Source: Candidatus Omnitrophota bacterium
GTDB lineage: Bacteria > Omnitrophota > Gorgyraeia > Pluralincolimonadales > Pluralincolimonadaceae
Assembly (NCBI GenBank): GCA_003141835.1
Contig: PLNR01000009.1
Location: forward strand, 8,307-72,306
Reading direction: 5' to 3'
DNA: 64,000 nucleotides
Position 1 is the stretch's first letter, and the number at the start of each line of letters is the position of its first letter. A program made the position numbers and the translations under genes. This document shows, piece after piece, positions 54,129-63,088 of this stretch. The notes under the pieces were generated by a model that made no database searches, was not told the DNA's origin, and saw only the letters and a program-made list of their open reading frames with translations.

Positions 54129-56738
54129 CTACCTTAAATACAGGACACTGGCCTTCGGAAGGTACGTTATGGTTATATCCTCAAAAACCGGCGTCTCGCT
54201 GTAATCGTCATCCGAAGACGAGAGGTTCACCTTGAACACTTCAGAATTAGAAATACCTCCGATGGGCCCATTGATAGTCAGATTACCACTGAGCCCGCCG
54301 CCGGTATTTACCTGGACCAAGCACAGCTCCTTGCTTGCATCGGCCGTCTCGGGTATCGTAAGCGTCCAGGAGACCGTGCCCCAACGGACAGAACCGCCCG
54401 GACTGAAAGAAGGCGATTGGTAATAACCGCTGTCGGGTATGATCCTCAGGTCGTCCCAGCAAGGGTCGCAACTATTTCCGTATAAAACCAGGTACCAATA
54501 GGTGGTCCGCCAGGAATTAGGCTGGCTATTGGAATATGGCCAATAATTATATCTGTCACCCATGGCGGAATTAGCGCCATCGCTATGGAAAGGAACGAGG
54601 GTATAACCTGACGTCGGCGGACCACAAAGGTACGAACCCAGGCTCCAACCATTACTGTAATTATAATAACGATGCGATGCCGTTCCCAGCGCCAGCCAGA
54701 CGCGGTAGTTCGGCGTAAGAACACCTGGATTGCTGTTTACAACCAGTTTAAAAGTCTGGTAATCCGGAAATATCCCGTGATGCTGGTCATTATTCTGTTC
54801 CGTAGCCCAGCCGTAATAATGGCTGGGCGTCGTAGGAGGAGTATCGTAATGGTCGGTTATCGGGTCTACCAGGCCGTAGAGGTCCCCCATGCGATAAATA
54901 CGCTCATTCTGGGGCGGATCCAACAATTCAAGGAACACCCTGCTGTCATAAAAGTCCTTTCCCTCCTTCGGTTTGCTGTTGAACGTGTCACTCTTAGTCC
55001 AATCCCAAACGCCATCGGGGTCAATGGCGATAGAAGGCTTCCAGTAATCCGGCGGCCTTGTAATATCTCTCCGACCGGTATTTTTGTCATAATAAAAACC
55101 CCAGTGTTGTATCCACAGTTTGGCCTTGGAAGTTACGGGGGCCGAGTGAAATTCTACGGATCCGGTACTTTCATTCCCGTCGCCATAGACGTTCGGCTTC
55201 AAATATACGCGGAGCGAGAAGTTATTGCCGAACGCCCATCTGGCAGAATCGAGCGTGAATTTAGGAAACCCCGACCCCCAGAGTTTATTACTGCCGGTAC
55301 CGTTGAGACCTATATTCATCGGATACGTACTGGTTTCCTGGCTAAAGCTCTTCCAACTGTAACCGAATGAATTACTGTTGTCGTTATCTTCTTCAAAGTT
55401 ATCCCAATAACCCAATTTAAGCGAATTCGGGATAGTCTTGTAATTAGCCACTATGCTGCCGGCCGGATCCGCGTTATTCATTTCGACGGGGCAGCTGTTA
55501 AGCCATGTGGCTTTCAAGAAAACCGGTAGGCTGGGACCGGCAGCATAGGTATCGGCCCGGAATTGCTCCTTTGTAGTGTAATTCAATATCTTGTACACCT
55601 GCACGATGGCGGTTATTTGTTTCCGGGCCGGCCCGGCCGTCCCGGTCGAGGTTATCTCGTATATCCCGCTCGGATGGAAACAGAAATCCGTCGAATACCC
55701 CGATGGCTTGACCCTGTTCGGGTTGGCGTTATTCTTAATATTGGTCTTCTCCGTTGCGGTAAGCGCGGCCGCGGGCGATAAGTCTACTGTCTCTATGAAA
55801 TGGTCAAAACCCGCTACGGATACGCCGCCGGAAAACCCCTGGTCGTTCCATACCCTGAAAAAGGTTATCTCCCGCTCGGCCTTGATAGCATTGGCCAAAG
55901 CCAGGGCTTTATTGGTATCCGTTATTATCGGCCTTAAGACCGCCTGTAGGACCTCGGTGCTTGCTGAATTTATATTAATTGGGGCCTTGGCCTGATAAAT
56001 TGAGGAGGAGGGATTGCCCGAGATGTTCGGGTCGGCAAGTCCTGTCAAAGGCATAGCGGTAGTGCTTTCGCTGTTCTGGTCGATATAGCTGTTTACCGTT
56101 ATATAGGGCGCTATCGCGTTGTACTTAGCCGTTCTCGCGGCCAGGTTCGCGCTTGTCGGCGGGCTAGGGGGTATGGCGGAAATAATCTGTTCCTTGGTGA
56201 TGTAACCCCCGGCCGGGCGGTTCGCTATTATCGCGTTCCCGTCGCCTGCCTGCAACGGGCCTCCTAATATCGCGACAAGGTTTTCAAGCATTACGGCTTG
56301 CGGGGCAGTGGGGTTGTTGAGACCGATATTATCTACTACGTTTACGTTTATCTGGCTTGCGGTATCGGTTATCGTTACGGAGTAGGCGGCGGTATTGCCC
56401 ATCCCCACGTTCCCGAGGGAAATAGGGCCAATGGTAGCCGGTTGCGCTGGAATAACAGTATAAGGAGAAACACTGGTTGGCAGGGCAGTGAAATTTCCCA
56501 AGGCGGCGTTCCTGGCAGAGATGATGGCGAGATTAAGGCCGGCCTCGGCCGCGTCTTTGGCCTGCGCCGACACCGCCATATTCACGGCCGACTTATAATC
56601 AACAATCATATTGATAGTAAAGGACGTCCCGATGATCAGCATCATCGCGAGGATGCCAACCGTCACTATAAGGGCGATGCCTTTGTTATTTTTTCCGGTT
56701 CTCATTTTCATCTGCCTGAACGCCCTCGGGGGTAACAT
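54129..56738 (-). CDS. Giant GspK-like minor pseudopilin #2 (869 aa)
   Basis: GspK-type N-terminus (KGIALIVTVGILAMMLIIGTSF, no Glu5) and the GspK INxxxAsxEeL motif (ININSASTEVLQAVL). The C-terminus is paralogous to the 990-aa protein (SLKLGYWDNFEED..., ETPVFEDITITYLP). The true start is probably MKMRTG at about 56711. Confidence 0.65.
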   Translation of the reverse strand: MLPPRAFRQMKMRTGKNNKGIALIVTVGILAMMLIIGTSFTINMIVDYKSAVNMAVSAQAKDAAEAGLNLAIISARNAALGNFTALPTSVSPYTVIPAQPATIGPISLGNVGMGNTAAYSVTITDTASQINVNVVDNIGLNNPTAPQAVMLENLVAILGGPLQAGDGNAIIANRPAGGYITKEQIISAIPPSPPTSANLAARTAKYNAIAPYITVNSYIDQNSESTTAMPLTGLADPNISGNPSSSIYQAKAPININSASTEVLQAVLRPIITDTNKALALANAIKAEREITFFRVWNDQGFSGGVSVAGFDHFIETVDLSPAAALTATEKTNIKNNANPNRVKPSGYSTDFCFHPSGIYEITSTGTAGPARKQITAIVQVYKILNYTTKEQFRADTYAAGPSLPVFLKATWLNSCPVEMNNADPAGSIVANYKTIPNSLKLGYWDNFEEDNDNSNSFGYSWKSFSQETSTYPMNIGLNGTGSNKLWGSGFPKFTLDSARWAFGNNFSLRVYLKPNVYGDGNESTGSVEFHSAPVTSKAKLWIQHWGFYYDKNTGRRDITRPPDYWKPSIAIDPDGVWDWTKSDTFNSKPKEGKDFYDSRVFLELLDPPQNERIYRMGDLYGLVDPITDHYDTPPTTPSHYYGWATEQNNDQHHGIFPDYQTFKLVVNSNPGVLTPNYRVWLALGTASHRYYNYSNGWSLGSYLCGPPTSGYTLVPFHSDGANSAMGDRYNYWPYSNSQPNSWRTTYWYLVLYGNSCDPCWDDLRIIPDSGYYQSPSFSPGGSVRWGTVSWTLTIPETADASKELCLVQVNTGGGLSGNLTINGPIGGISNSEVFKVNLSSSDDDYSETPVFEDITITYLPKASVLYLR

Positions 56739-56823
56739 ATGCCGGTAATAATACCGCGTTTATCTTATGAATTTTATTTCTTTTCCTGGATAGGAAAAAG
56801 CCGCGATGCCGTTCCTTGGTACC

Positions 56824-58503
56824 TCAGCGTTGCCGTATTTGGGATCGGGGGTCCTGCCTCGGCGAACCTTCTTTATTGTTTACCTGGGGAGAAGGAACAT
56901 ATATTGCCAGCTTTCCGTCTCCCAAAAACGGCACTATACTACCCGCGCCGAATTTCATACCCTGTATTTCGATATTTTTTGAAGGCGAAACGCTCTTAAG
57001 CTTGGCTGAAGGATACAGATCTATTGCGCTGCCCTTTGGTAACTTTATGCCGTTTATTTCAGTATCCCTTGATAGTATCCCGCTCGATACCTTCCCCGAC
57101 TCAAAAAAGAATACCTTACCTGCGGCAAAAGGGAACCCCTGGATATCCTGGTCCTTGGGCAGATATACCACAAATAGCTTCCCTGAATCGCCGAAATACA
57201 CATCCGCGCCCTTCGGCAAAGCCACATCCTGCACCTTCTGGTCCTTGTCCAGGGCGCCTCCGTGTATCTTCCCGGATTGCAGCAGGCCTATCCTGCTCCC
57301 TTTAGAGAACGATAAACCCTGGACATCTATACTCCGGGTCAGGATGGCGTTATTGAGCTTTCCGGATTTATAGAAATAGGCGTCGCCTATGCACGGGATC
57401 CCCTGGATATTATGCTCCTGGCGCAGTACTGCTATCCTTATATTGCCCGTTTCGTAAAATAACAACCTCGTCCCCTTTTTAAAGTCTATGTCTTTTATTT
57501 TTTGGTCCTTAGCGAGCCTGGCCAGGGACAGCTGTCCCGAACCGTAAAATTCGACCTCTGTGCCTGCCGGGAACGCGATACCCTGGATGACCTTTGCCGA
57601 ATTCAGGGTCTCAGTGCTTGCCGTCTCCGCCCTCAAGTTGGATCTACCTTTTGAATACGGGAGAGCGCCCATATCATTCCTTGACCCGTCCGGCCCGTTA
57701 TACTTGGGATCGGGGTCGCCGGCACCGATACAGGGAGAATCGCCGTTAAGGTGGAAATCGCCTCCTTTGGGGGCCACGAATGCGGGATCGCGGGTGATGT
57801 CCTTCTCCCCTTTCTGGCAATTCTCAAAATCCTTGGCGTTATAAAAATCGTTATAAGCGAGGACCAGAGAGATGTCCTTCCTCGGCTCGTTTATCCCGGC
57901 GGGCTTAGATATCCCGCCGCCATATCCCGTGGAAGATAATATATTGATCCCGATCTTATTATTATAGAAGATCGAATTACGGACGGCTATCTCGGACGGC
58001 CCCCGCCACAACCTTAAGCCGCATTCGCTGTCGGCAAAAGTGCAGTTGACCACTTTTACATTAACGCTTGAATCCACCTTCAAAGATGCCAGGAGGCTCT
58101 TGGAGGTAAGTATACAATTGCTAATCGTAAATCCGTTGGCGCCCGAGACCTCAAGAGTTTCCTTATCGAACCGGAGGCTTAAGCCTTTTACCGCTATATT
58201 GACCAGCTTAGCACTCTGCGACGACACGCTTATCCCTTCGCCGCCTACCTCTAAAATAGTCTTATCGGCTCCCGCGCCGACAAGATTCATATCTGTCTTA
58301 AGTTTGAAACCGTCTTTCTCCTTATAGGTACCTTCCCCTATCGCTATCGTGTCGCCAGGCATCCCGCGCTCGACGGCTTCCTTGACCGTTTTATAATCAC
58401 CCGGAACGGCGACATCGTACCCGGGCGCCGCTTCGGAGCTCAGGGGCGCAAAAATGACCATACCGAAAAGCAATAACAGGGATATTTTTTTAGACATGAT
58501 CAA
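56824..58503 (-). CDS. Secreted parallel beta-helix protein with seven C-terminal ~30-aa tandem repeats
   Basis: Signal peptide, PbH1-like beta-helix region (NIAVKGLSL...FTISNCILTS...VVNCTFADSECGLRLW...VRNSIFYNN), then 7 repeats of the pattern xxDxxIQGxxFxxGxxxxFxxSGKLxxxxL. Confidence 0.55.
   Translation of the reverse strand: MIMSKKISLLLLFGMVIFAPLSSEAAPGYDVAVPGDYKTVKEAVERGMPGDTIAIGEGTYKEKDGFKLKTDMNLVGAGADKTILEVGGEGISVSSQSAKLVNIAVKGLSLRFDKETLEVSGANGFTISNCILTSKSLLASLKVDSSVNVKVVNCTFADSECGLRLWRGPSEIAVRNSIFYNNKIGINILSSTGYGGGISKPAGINEPRKDISLVLAYNDFYNAKDFENCQKGEKDITRDPAFVAPKGGDFHLNGDSPCIGAGDPDPKYNGPDGSRNDMGALPYSKGRSNLRAETASTETLNSAKVIQGIAFPAGTEVEFYGSGQLSLARLAKDQKIKDIDFKKGTRLLFYETGNIRIAVLRQEHNIQGIPCIGDAYFYKSGKLNNAILTRSIDVQGLSFSKGSRIGLLQSGKIHGGALDKDQKVQDVALPKGADVYFGDSGKLFVVYLPKDQDIQGFPFAAGKVFFFESGKVSSGILSRDTEINGIKLPKGSAIDLYPSAKLKSVSPSKNIEIQGMKFGAGSIVPFLGDGKLAIYVPSPQVNNKEGSPRQDPRSQIRQR
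56916..57561 (-). repeat. Seven ~90-bp tandem coding repeats (30-aa units) in the beta-helix protein gene
   Basis: Protein-level periodicity (KDQKIKDIDFKKGTRLLFYETGNIRIAVL / ...IQGIPCIGDAYFYKSGKLNNAIL / ...VQGLSFSKGSRIGLLQSGKIHGGAL / ...). Coordinates inferred from residue positions. Confidence 0.5.
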
Positions 58504-58512
58504 GGCCTCTCA

Positions 58513-61485
58513 CTAATAATGCACATAAAGAAATTCCACCGGCGGAAGATATGTCACCGTGATATCCTTAAAGACGGGCGTTTGGCTGGCCGTGGAATAA
58601 CCGGTTTCGTCCAAAGTGGCACTCCCTAAATTCCTGGTCTCTAACGTAGCTTTATACTGGATATTCCTGCCTGAAAAACCGGAGAGCGGATCGCCCTTAT
58701 TCTTCGCCTGCCAATTTACATCGTGCTCGCTCAGGCTATCAGCCGCCCTTAGGCCTATGCTCACCGAGGTGCCTGACGGCTCTGCTGAATTCCAAGTGAC
58801 CGTTCCCCACACGATATTCGAGTTATCATCGGCGGATTTAGCCGAGAACGGCGTCGAGGCAAGAAAACCCCTGGGATATATTACCCTTATATTATCGAAT
58901 ACGCTCACCAGTTCAGAGCGGCATCCATAGTACGGGCCTCCTCTTTCCTTAATTGTATTAATCCAATCTGCAGGCGAATTGGTATCAAATTTATACGCAT
59001 TCCGGCAGGCAAATTTAACCGATCCCGTAACGTTAGTCCCGACACTCGAATTGGTGCTCGCCGCAAGGAAATCTACATCTTGAACCGCCCCGTTAAGTTT
59101 AGTCAAGCGATAACGGAACGCGCGAAGGCTTGAGTCTTTCCACATCTCGCCCAGGACATAAGGAAGCGGTACACCGGTGCCGTAATCCATAGGATAGGTC
59201 GTATCCATAGTCAATCTATCGCCACCCACATTCAATTCCTGGCTATCCGAGCCGGTGTAGAGAACGCCATCCTCATCTTTGAGTTGGGTATAATAATCAT
59301 TTGGCTGGTCCAGTTCACTTTTTGCGACAAGCCAGGCTCCGCTCCACGGCGGTGCCGGACAGCGGGGAGAACCTCCCTCGTTACGCCCGCTTGCAGGAAA
59401 CTCCCAGCCGCCGCTTGGCTCGTATTGGCCCTTATCCTGGGTATATACCCTCACAAACATATCGTATCCCAAACCGAAATCATTACCCGAATGGTCACCC
59501 TTCGGCGAGTAATAGAACGGATTTAACGCATTCTGCCTCTCTTCCCTGGCTTTTGAATTGATCTTAAGGCAGAAGGTGCTGTGACCCGAAGAATCAACCG
59601 CTCCTTCCGGGGATGATAGCCCGTTGCCATCAGGGCCCATAAAAGTAGCCCAACAGATAGAGATAGTATCCGCAGGATAAGCTCCCGGAGCCGGAGCCGA
59701 TCCGTCAGAAGGGAGACTGGCAGGGTCGGGCGGTATTATTGTGGTAAGTACATCCCCTTTTAACATTATGACGTCATAGCCTATATCCTCGTCAAAATTG
59801 GTCCAATAACCGAGCTTGAGGGAATCGGGTGTGGTCGCGTAACTGCCCTCCCAATTCATCTTTTGGGTCGCATCAATAAACGAATCTTCGTCGGTGGGAC
59901 AGGAGTCCATCCAGTTCACGTTCCTTAGTTCGCCGTCGGAAAAACCGGCCCCGCCATAAGAATTCCCCTGAGCGTAATAATCGCTGAACCACGCCCCGGA
60001 AAACTCCGATCTTGTCGTTTGGGTCCAGGTGCCGAAGGCCCTGACCGTTGCCGTTATCTGTTTTGTCGCCAGTGTACTCCCGGACGCGTCCTTCACTTTT
60101 CCCGTGGAAGTTATCCTGAATACGCCGGCCTGGTCATACTGGATGCCTGTCGTCGTCGGCTGCAGGCTCTCCTCCATTATAAACTTTTGCACAGGAGCAC
60201 CGATATTTCCGTAATCATAGATCTTGCCGTAGAAGGAAGTCGGGCAATAGCCGAGATAATCGGAAAGGACTAAAAATCTTTGGTTGCCTCCGTAGGGGTC
60301 CCATGTATAAGGTAAAGCGTTCCACTCCAGGTACAACACGTTCTCGTGAGTATAATTAAAATATTCCATCCTTATCGGATGCCAGCCCGCATAGGTGAAC
60401 GTCACGTTCCCGCTCTCTTCCCTATTCCCGCCGGATGTAGACCAGTAAGATGTCACCTGGTTGCCGTCTATGTATAATTTGCCCCCGTCACGGCTCGTCA
60501 CCCAAAATTGAATATTCTGGTTTAACCTGCTCGATGGAATATAGATATAACCCGTAAAGACGGCCCCATACTGGTCAAGGCCTGCGCCCACCGACCAGTC
60601 GATGCCGATATATCCTCCCGCCCATTCTCCGTCATGGGCCTCGGACCAGCCCCCGTTGTCGCCGTCCACGCCGGCAAAGGTCTTGCCGGGCTCCCAGGAC
60701 TGGCAGCGCCTGCCTAACTCGATGATCTTTCCCCTGAAATTAGCCACGTTCAGGATCGTACTAGAATCCCAGCTTATCCTGTTCGAATAATATTTTGCTA
60801 TCAATCCGCCCCTTATTACCGGCGAGGCAATGGTTATCATGTCTTTAATAGCGTTATACCTGGCGTCGTTTAAATTAAGTACGAGCTTCACTTCTTCCAA
60901 GGAAGCGTAAGGGGCATATTTCACGGCCACTCCCTCGCTGTTGCATGCTTGTACCCATGGGTCATGGTAGCCCCTGGCGCTGTTCGTCAAAAGAAAAGAT
61001 GTGGAAGTGGGGCTGTCGCCGCGGTAATCTATTATCTTGGCTATTTCGTCATAAGAGAGGCCTGCAGCCTTCAGCCTGTCTATCCAGGGATAGTCGGTCT
61101 CGTCGAGAGTATTTATGTTTATCTTCTGCAGGGGTGTAGAGTCGACCGTCACCTCCTCGCGCTCGACCGTGACCTTGTAAGTATTTGTGGTGCCGGGTAT
61201 CACGACCTCGGGAGATGTCGTCGTCGAATAGTTATTCGCGATATTATCCAATACCGTTTGATAGTTGACGGTCTTCACCCAATTGCGGATGTCCGCAATG
61301 GCGATATCTGCGGCGCCTTTGGCGATCTGCGTGGCGACCGAGGAGTGATAGAAATTGGAGGCAGCCTTATATTCTATCTGCATGTTTATGGCGAAACTCG
61401 TGGCTACCATGGCAATGAGGGCCAGGACGCCCACAGAGATTATTAGGGCTATGCCTCTCTTCTGTTTATTCTTCTTGTTCTTCAT
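58513..61485 (-). CDS. Giant GspK-like minor pseudopilin #1 (990 aa) with an inserted PA14 domain
   Basis: GspK-type N-terminus (KRGIALIISVGVLALIAMVATSFAINM) and GspK motif (KININTLDETD...). PA14 domain (GAVFTGYIYIPSSRLNQNIQFWVTSRDGGKLYIDGNQVTSYW...GWHPIRMEYFN...LYLEW). C-terminal region paralogous to the 869-aa protein (QTPVFKDITVTYLP). Confidence 0.7.
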   Translation of the reverse strand: MKNKKNKQKRGIALIISVGVLALIAMVATSFAINMQIEYKAASNFYHSSVATQIAKGAADIAIADIRNWVKTVNYQTVLDNIANNYSTTTSPEVVIPGTTNTYKVTVEREEVTVDSTPLQKININTLDETDYPWIDRLKAAGLSYDEIAKIIDYRGDSPTSTSFLLTNSARGYHDPWVQACNSEGVAVKYAPYASLEEVKLVLNLNDARYNAIKDMITIASPVIRGGLIAKYYSNRISWDSSTILNVANFRGKIIELGRRCQSWEPGKTFAGVDGDNGGWSEAHDGEWAGGYIGIDWSVGAGLDQYGAVFTGYIYIPSSRLNQNIQFWVTSRDGGKLYIDGNQVTSYWSTSGGNREESGNVTFTYAGWHPIRMEYFNYTHENVLYLEWNALPYTWDPYGGNQRFLVLSDYLGYCPTSFYGKIYDYGNIGAPVQKFIMEESLQPTTTGIQYDQAGVFRITSTGKVKDASGSTLATKQITATVRAFGTWTQTTRSEFSGAWFSDYYAQGNSYGGAGFSDGELRNVNWMDSCPTDEDSFIDATQKMNWEGSYATTPDSLKLGYWTNFDEDIGYDVIMLKGDVLTTIIPPDPASLPSDGSAPAPGAYPADTISICWATFMGPDGNGLSSPEGAVDSSGHSTFCLKINSKAREERQNALNPFYYSPKGDHSGNDFGLGYDMFVRVYTQDKGQYEPSGGWEFPASGRNEGGSPRCPAPPWSGAWLVAKSELDQPNDYYTQLKDEDGVLYTGSDSQELNVGGDRLTMDTTYPMDYGTGVPLPYVLGEMWKDSSLRAFRYRLTKLNGAVQDVDFLAASTNSSVGTNVTGSVKFACRNAYKFDTNSPADWINTIKERGGPYYGCRSELVSVFDNIRVIYPRGFLASTPFSAKSADDNSNIVWGTVTWNSAEPSGTSVSIGLRAADSLSEHDVNWQAKNKGDPLSGFSGRNIQYKATLETRNLGSATLDETGYSTASQTPVFKDITVTYLPPVEFLYVHY

Positions 61486-62249
61486 TTCGCACCTACGATC
61501 CTGATGTAGTCGGTAAATGTCTTCGACTGGGTGCCGTCCCTGCTCTGGACGGTCAAAGACACTGAGACGGCGTCGGGAAGGCCGTCCGGTATCAACTTGT
61601 TGCCGTTGGAATCATAATTCTCGGTGGCGGCGCCGGTCAAGGCGTCCGAGCCTGAATTCCAGCTGGGCACGGTTGCGGTCGGCGCAGCGCCCGCGACGTG
61701 CCTGTAATAGTAGGTAAAACTCAGGGCCTTCACGTTGGTTGCGATCGGCGTATCCAGCGCGCCGGTATCGGCCGAGCCGTCAGCCCTTTTCGTGAAATCA
61801 TAGACGGCCGGCGCCCCGGGAACGTTGAAATACTCAAAATGGCGCATCAGCCTGTTATCATAGTCCCTTAACCAGTAGCCTACCTCACAGAGGTCCTGCA
61901 GGCCGGGATTATTGGCTATCGGCGCGACAAAATATATCTCATCGCCTGCGGAATTCGTTTTAAAACCGTGGGTGGCGGAATAGCCCTGGAACTTGGTCCG
62001 GTAAGATGTATTATTACTATTCTGCCATAGATAAGCGGAAGCCATCTCTTTCTCCATCATGTCGAGGGCAAAGCGCGCGTTCTGGTACATATCGAGGATA
62101 GTCTCGGCCTTGCGCCACGAATCGAGGCTGCCCTTAAAGACCATAAATATAGAGGTGACGAGAATGGAGAATATGACGGCCACGACCAGGATCTCTACCA
62201 AGGTCAGGCCGGAGGTGTTCCTCTTTATATGTCTATCTGGTCGCCACAT
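61482..62249 (-). CDS. GspJ-like minor pseudopilin (prepilin-type N-terminus)
   Basis: Class III signal G|LTLVEILVVAVIFSIL (prepilin peptidase site plus Glu5). Size and position after the gspI-like gene and before the gspK-like gene match GspJ. Confidence 0.6.
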   Translation of the reverse strand: MWRPDRHIKRNTSGLTLVEILVVAVIFSILVTSIFMVFKGSLDSWRKAETILDMYQNARFALDMMEKEMASAYLWQNSNNTSYRTKFQGYSATHGFKTNSAGDEIYFVAPIANNPGLQDLCEVGYWLRDYDNRLMRHFEYFNVPGAPAVYDFTKRADGSADTGALDTPIATNVKALSFTYYYRHVAGAAPTATVPSWNSGSDALTGAATENYDSNGNKLIPDGLPDAVSVSLTVQSRDGTQSKTFTDYIRIVGAK

Positions 62250-62589
62250 AGGTCGTGAATACCTGATGATAACCTTTGTTCCTATATTGCCAGCTTATTG
62301 TCAAGTCCACCTGCCTTAACGTGTCCGCGGATGCGCCTGTAGTTGAAACGCTCTGCGACCAGGTGTAAGCCGGGTCGGAAAATGAGCCTGTTGAAATACC
62401 TAAGACGGGAAATCCCGCGTTCCTCAGCTCTTCCATATGATTATGCCCGTAGATCGCCACTTGCGTGGAATTCACGGACCGCCTCGCCGCGTCGAAGCCT
62501 ATAGGGAAGAGGGACAATATCCCAACTAACCCTACGGCGAGTATCGCGAGCGAGATGACTATCTCTATTAAAGTGAAACCTTTTCTCAT
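62233..62589 (-). CDS. GspI-like (or GspH-like) minor pseudopilin
   Basis: MRKG|FTLIEIVISLAILAVGL prepilin N-terminus. 118 aa. Confidence 0.6.
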   Translation of the reverse strand: MRKGFTLIEIVISLAILAVGLVGILSLFPIGFDAARRSVNSTQVAIYGHNHMEELRNAGFPVLGISTGSFSDPAYTWSQSVSTTGASADTLRQVDLTISWQYRNKGYHQVFTTYVATR

Positions 62590-62602
62590 GATGCTTAAAG
62601 GA

Positions 62603-63088
62603 CTACCTTCTCCAGTTGGTTATATCGTCGCTGCCGCCGTTATTATCAGTTTTGTTGGGCCCGTTTGACCATATATCGACATAATTAGTGAAACCGCTGC
62701 GCGAGCTATCGCTTGGATTAGCGTAATGATAGGCGCTGCCCCAGGAATCGAGTATATTGCTACCGCTCACTTCATTCGTCTGGAAATTCATGTAAGGGCC
62801 TGACCAGTTGACAGTGCTTAAACCATAGGTCGTCAGATTAGCAGTTGAAGTGAGAGAGCTGTATAGTTTATCGATGCCGCTGGGCGGATAGATCCCCTCA
62901 TCCGCCTGGAGCATCCCAAGCGCCGTTTCAAGGGCGGCTATCATCGCCCTGGCCTTGGTAACCATCGCGCGCTCTTTAGCTTTCTGCGCGGCGCCGGTTA
63001 TGAGGCCTGCTAATATCAGGATGATCGTCATGACGACTATCAGCTCTATTATCGTGAACCCGCCTTTACGTTTTTCCATTTTAACCAT
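62603..63088 (-). CDS. gspG: Major pseudopilin GspG-like
   Basis: KGG|FTIIELIVVMTIILILAGLITGAAQKAKERAMVTKARAMIAALETAL is a near-canonical GspG N-terminal helix. 161 aa. Confidence 0.7.
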   Translation of the reverse strand: MVKMEKRKGGFTIIELIVVMTIILILAGLITGAAQKAKERAMVTKARAMIAALETALGMLQADEGIYPPSGIDKLYSSLTSTANLTTYGLSTVNWSGPYMNFQTNEVSGSNILDSWGSAYHYANPSDSSRSGFTNYVDIWSNGPNKTDNNGGSDDITNWRR

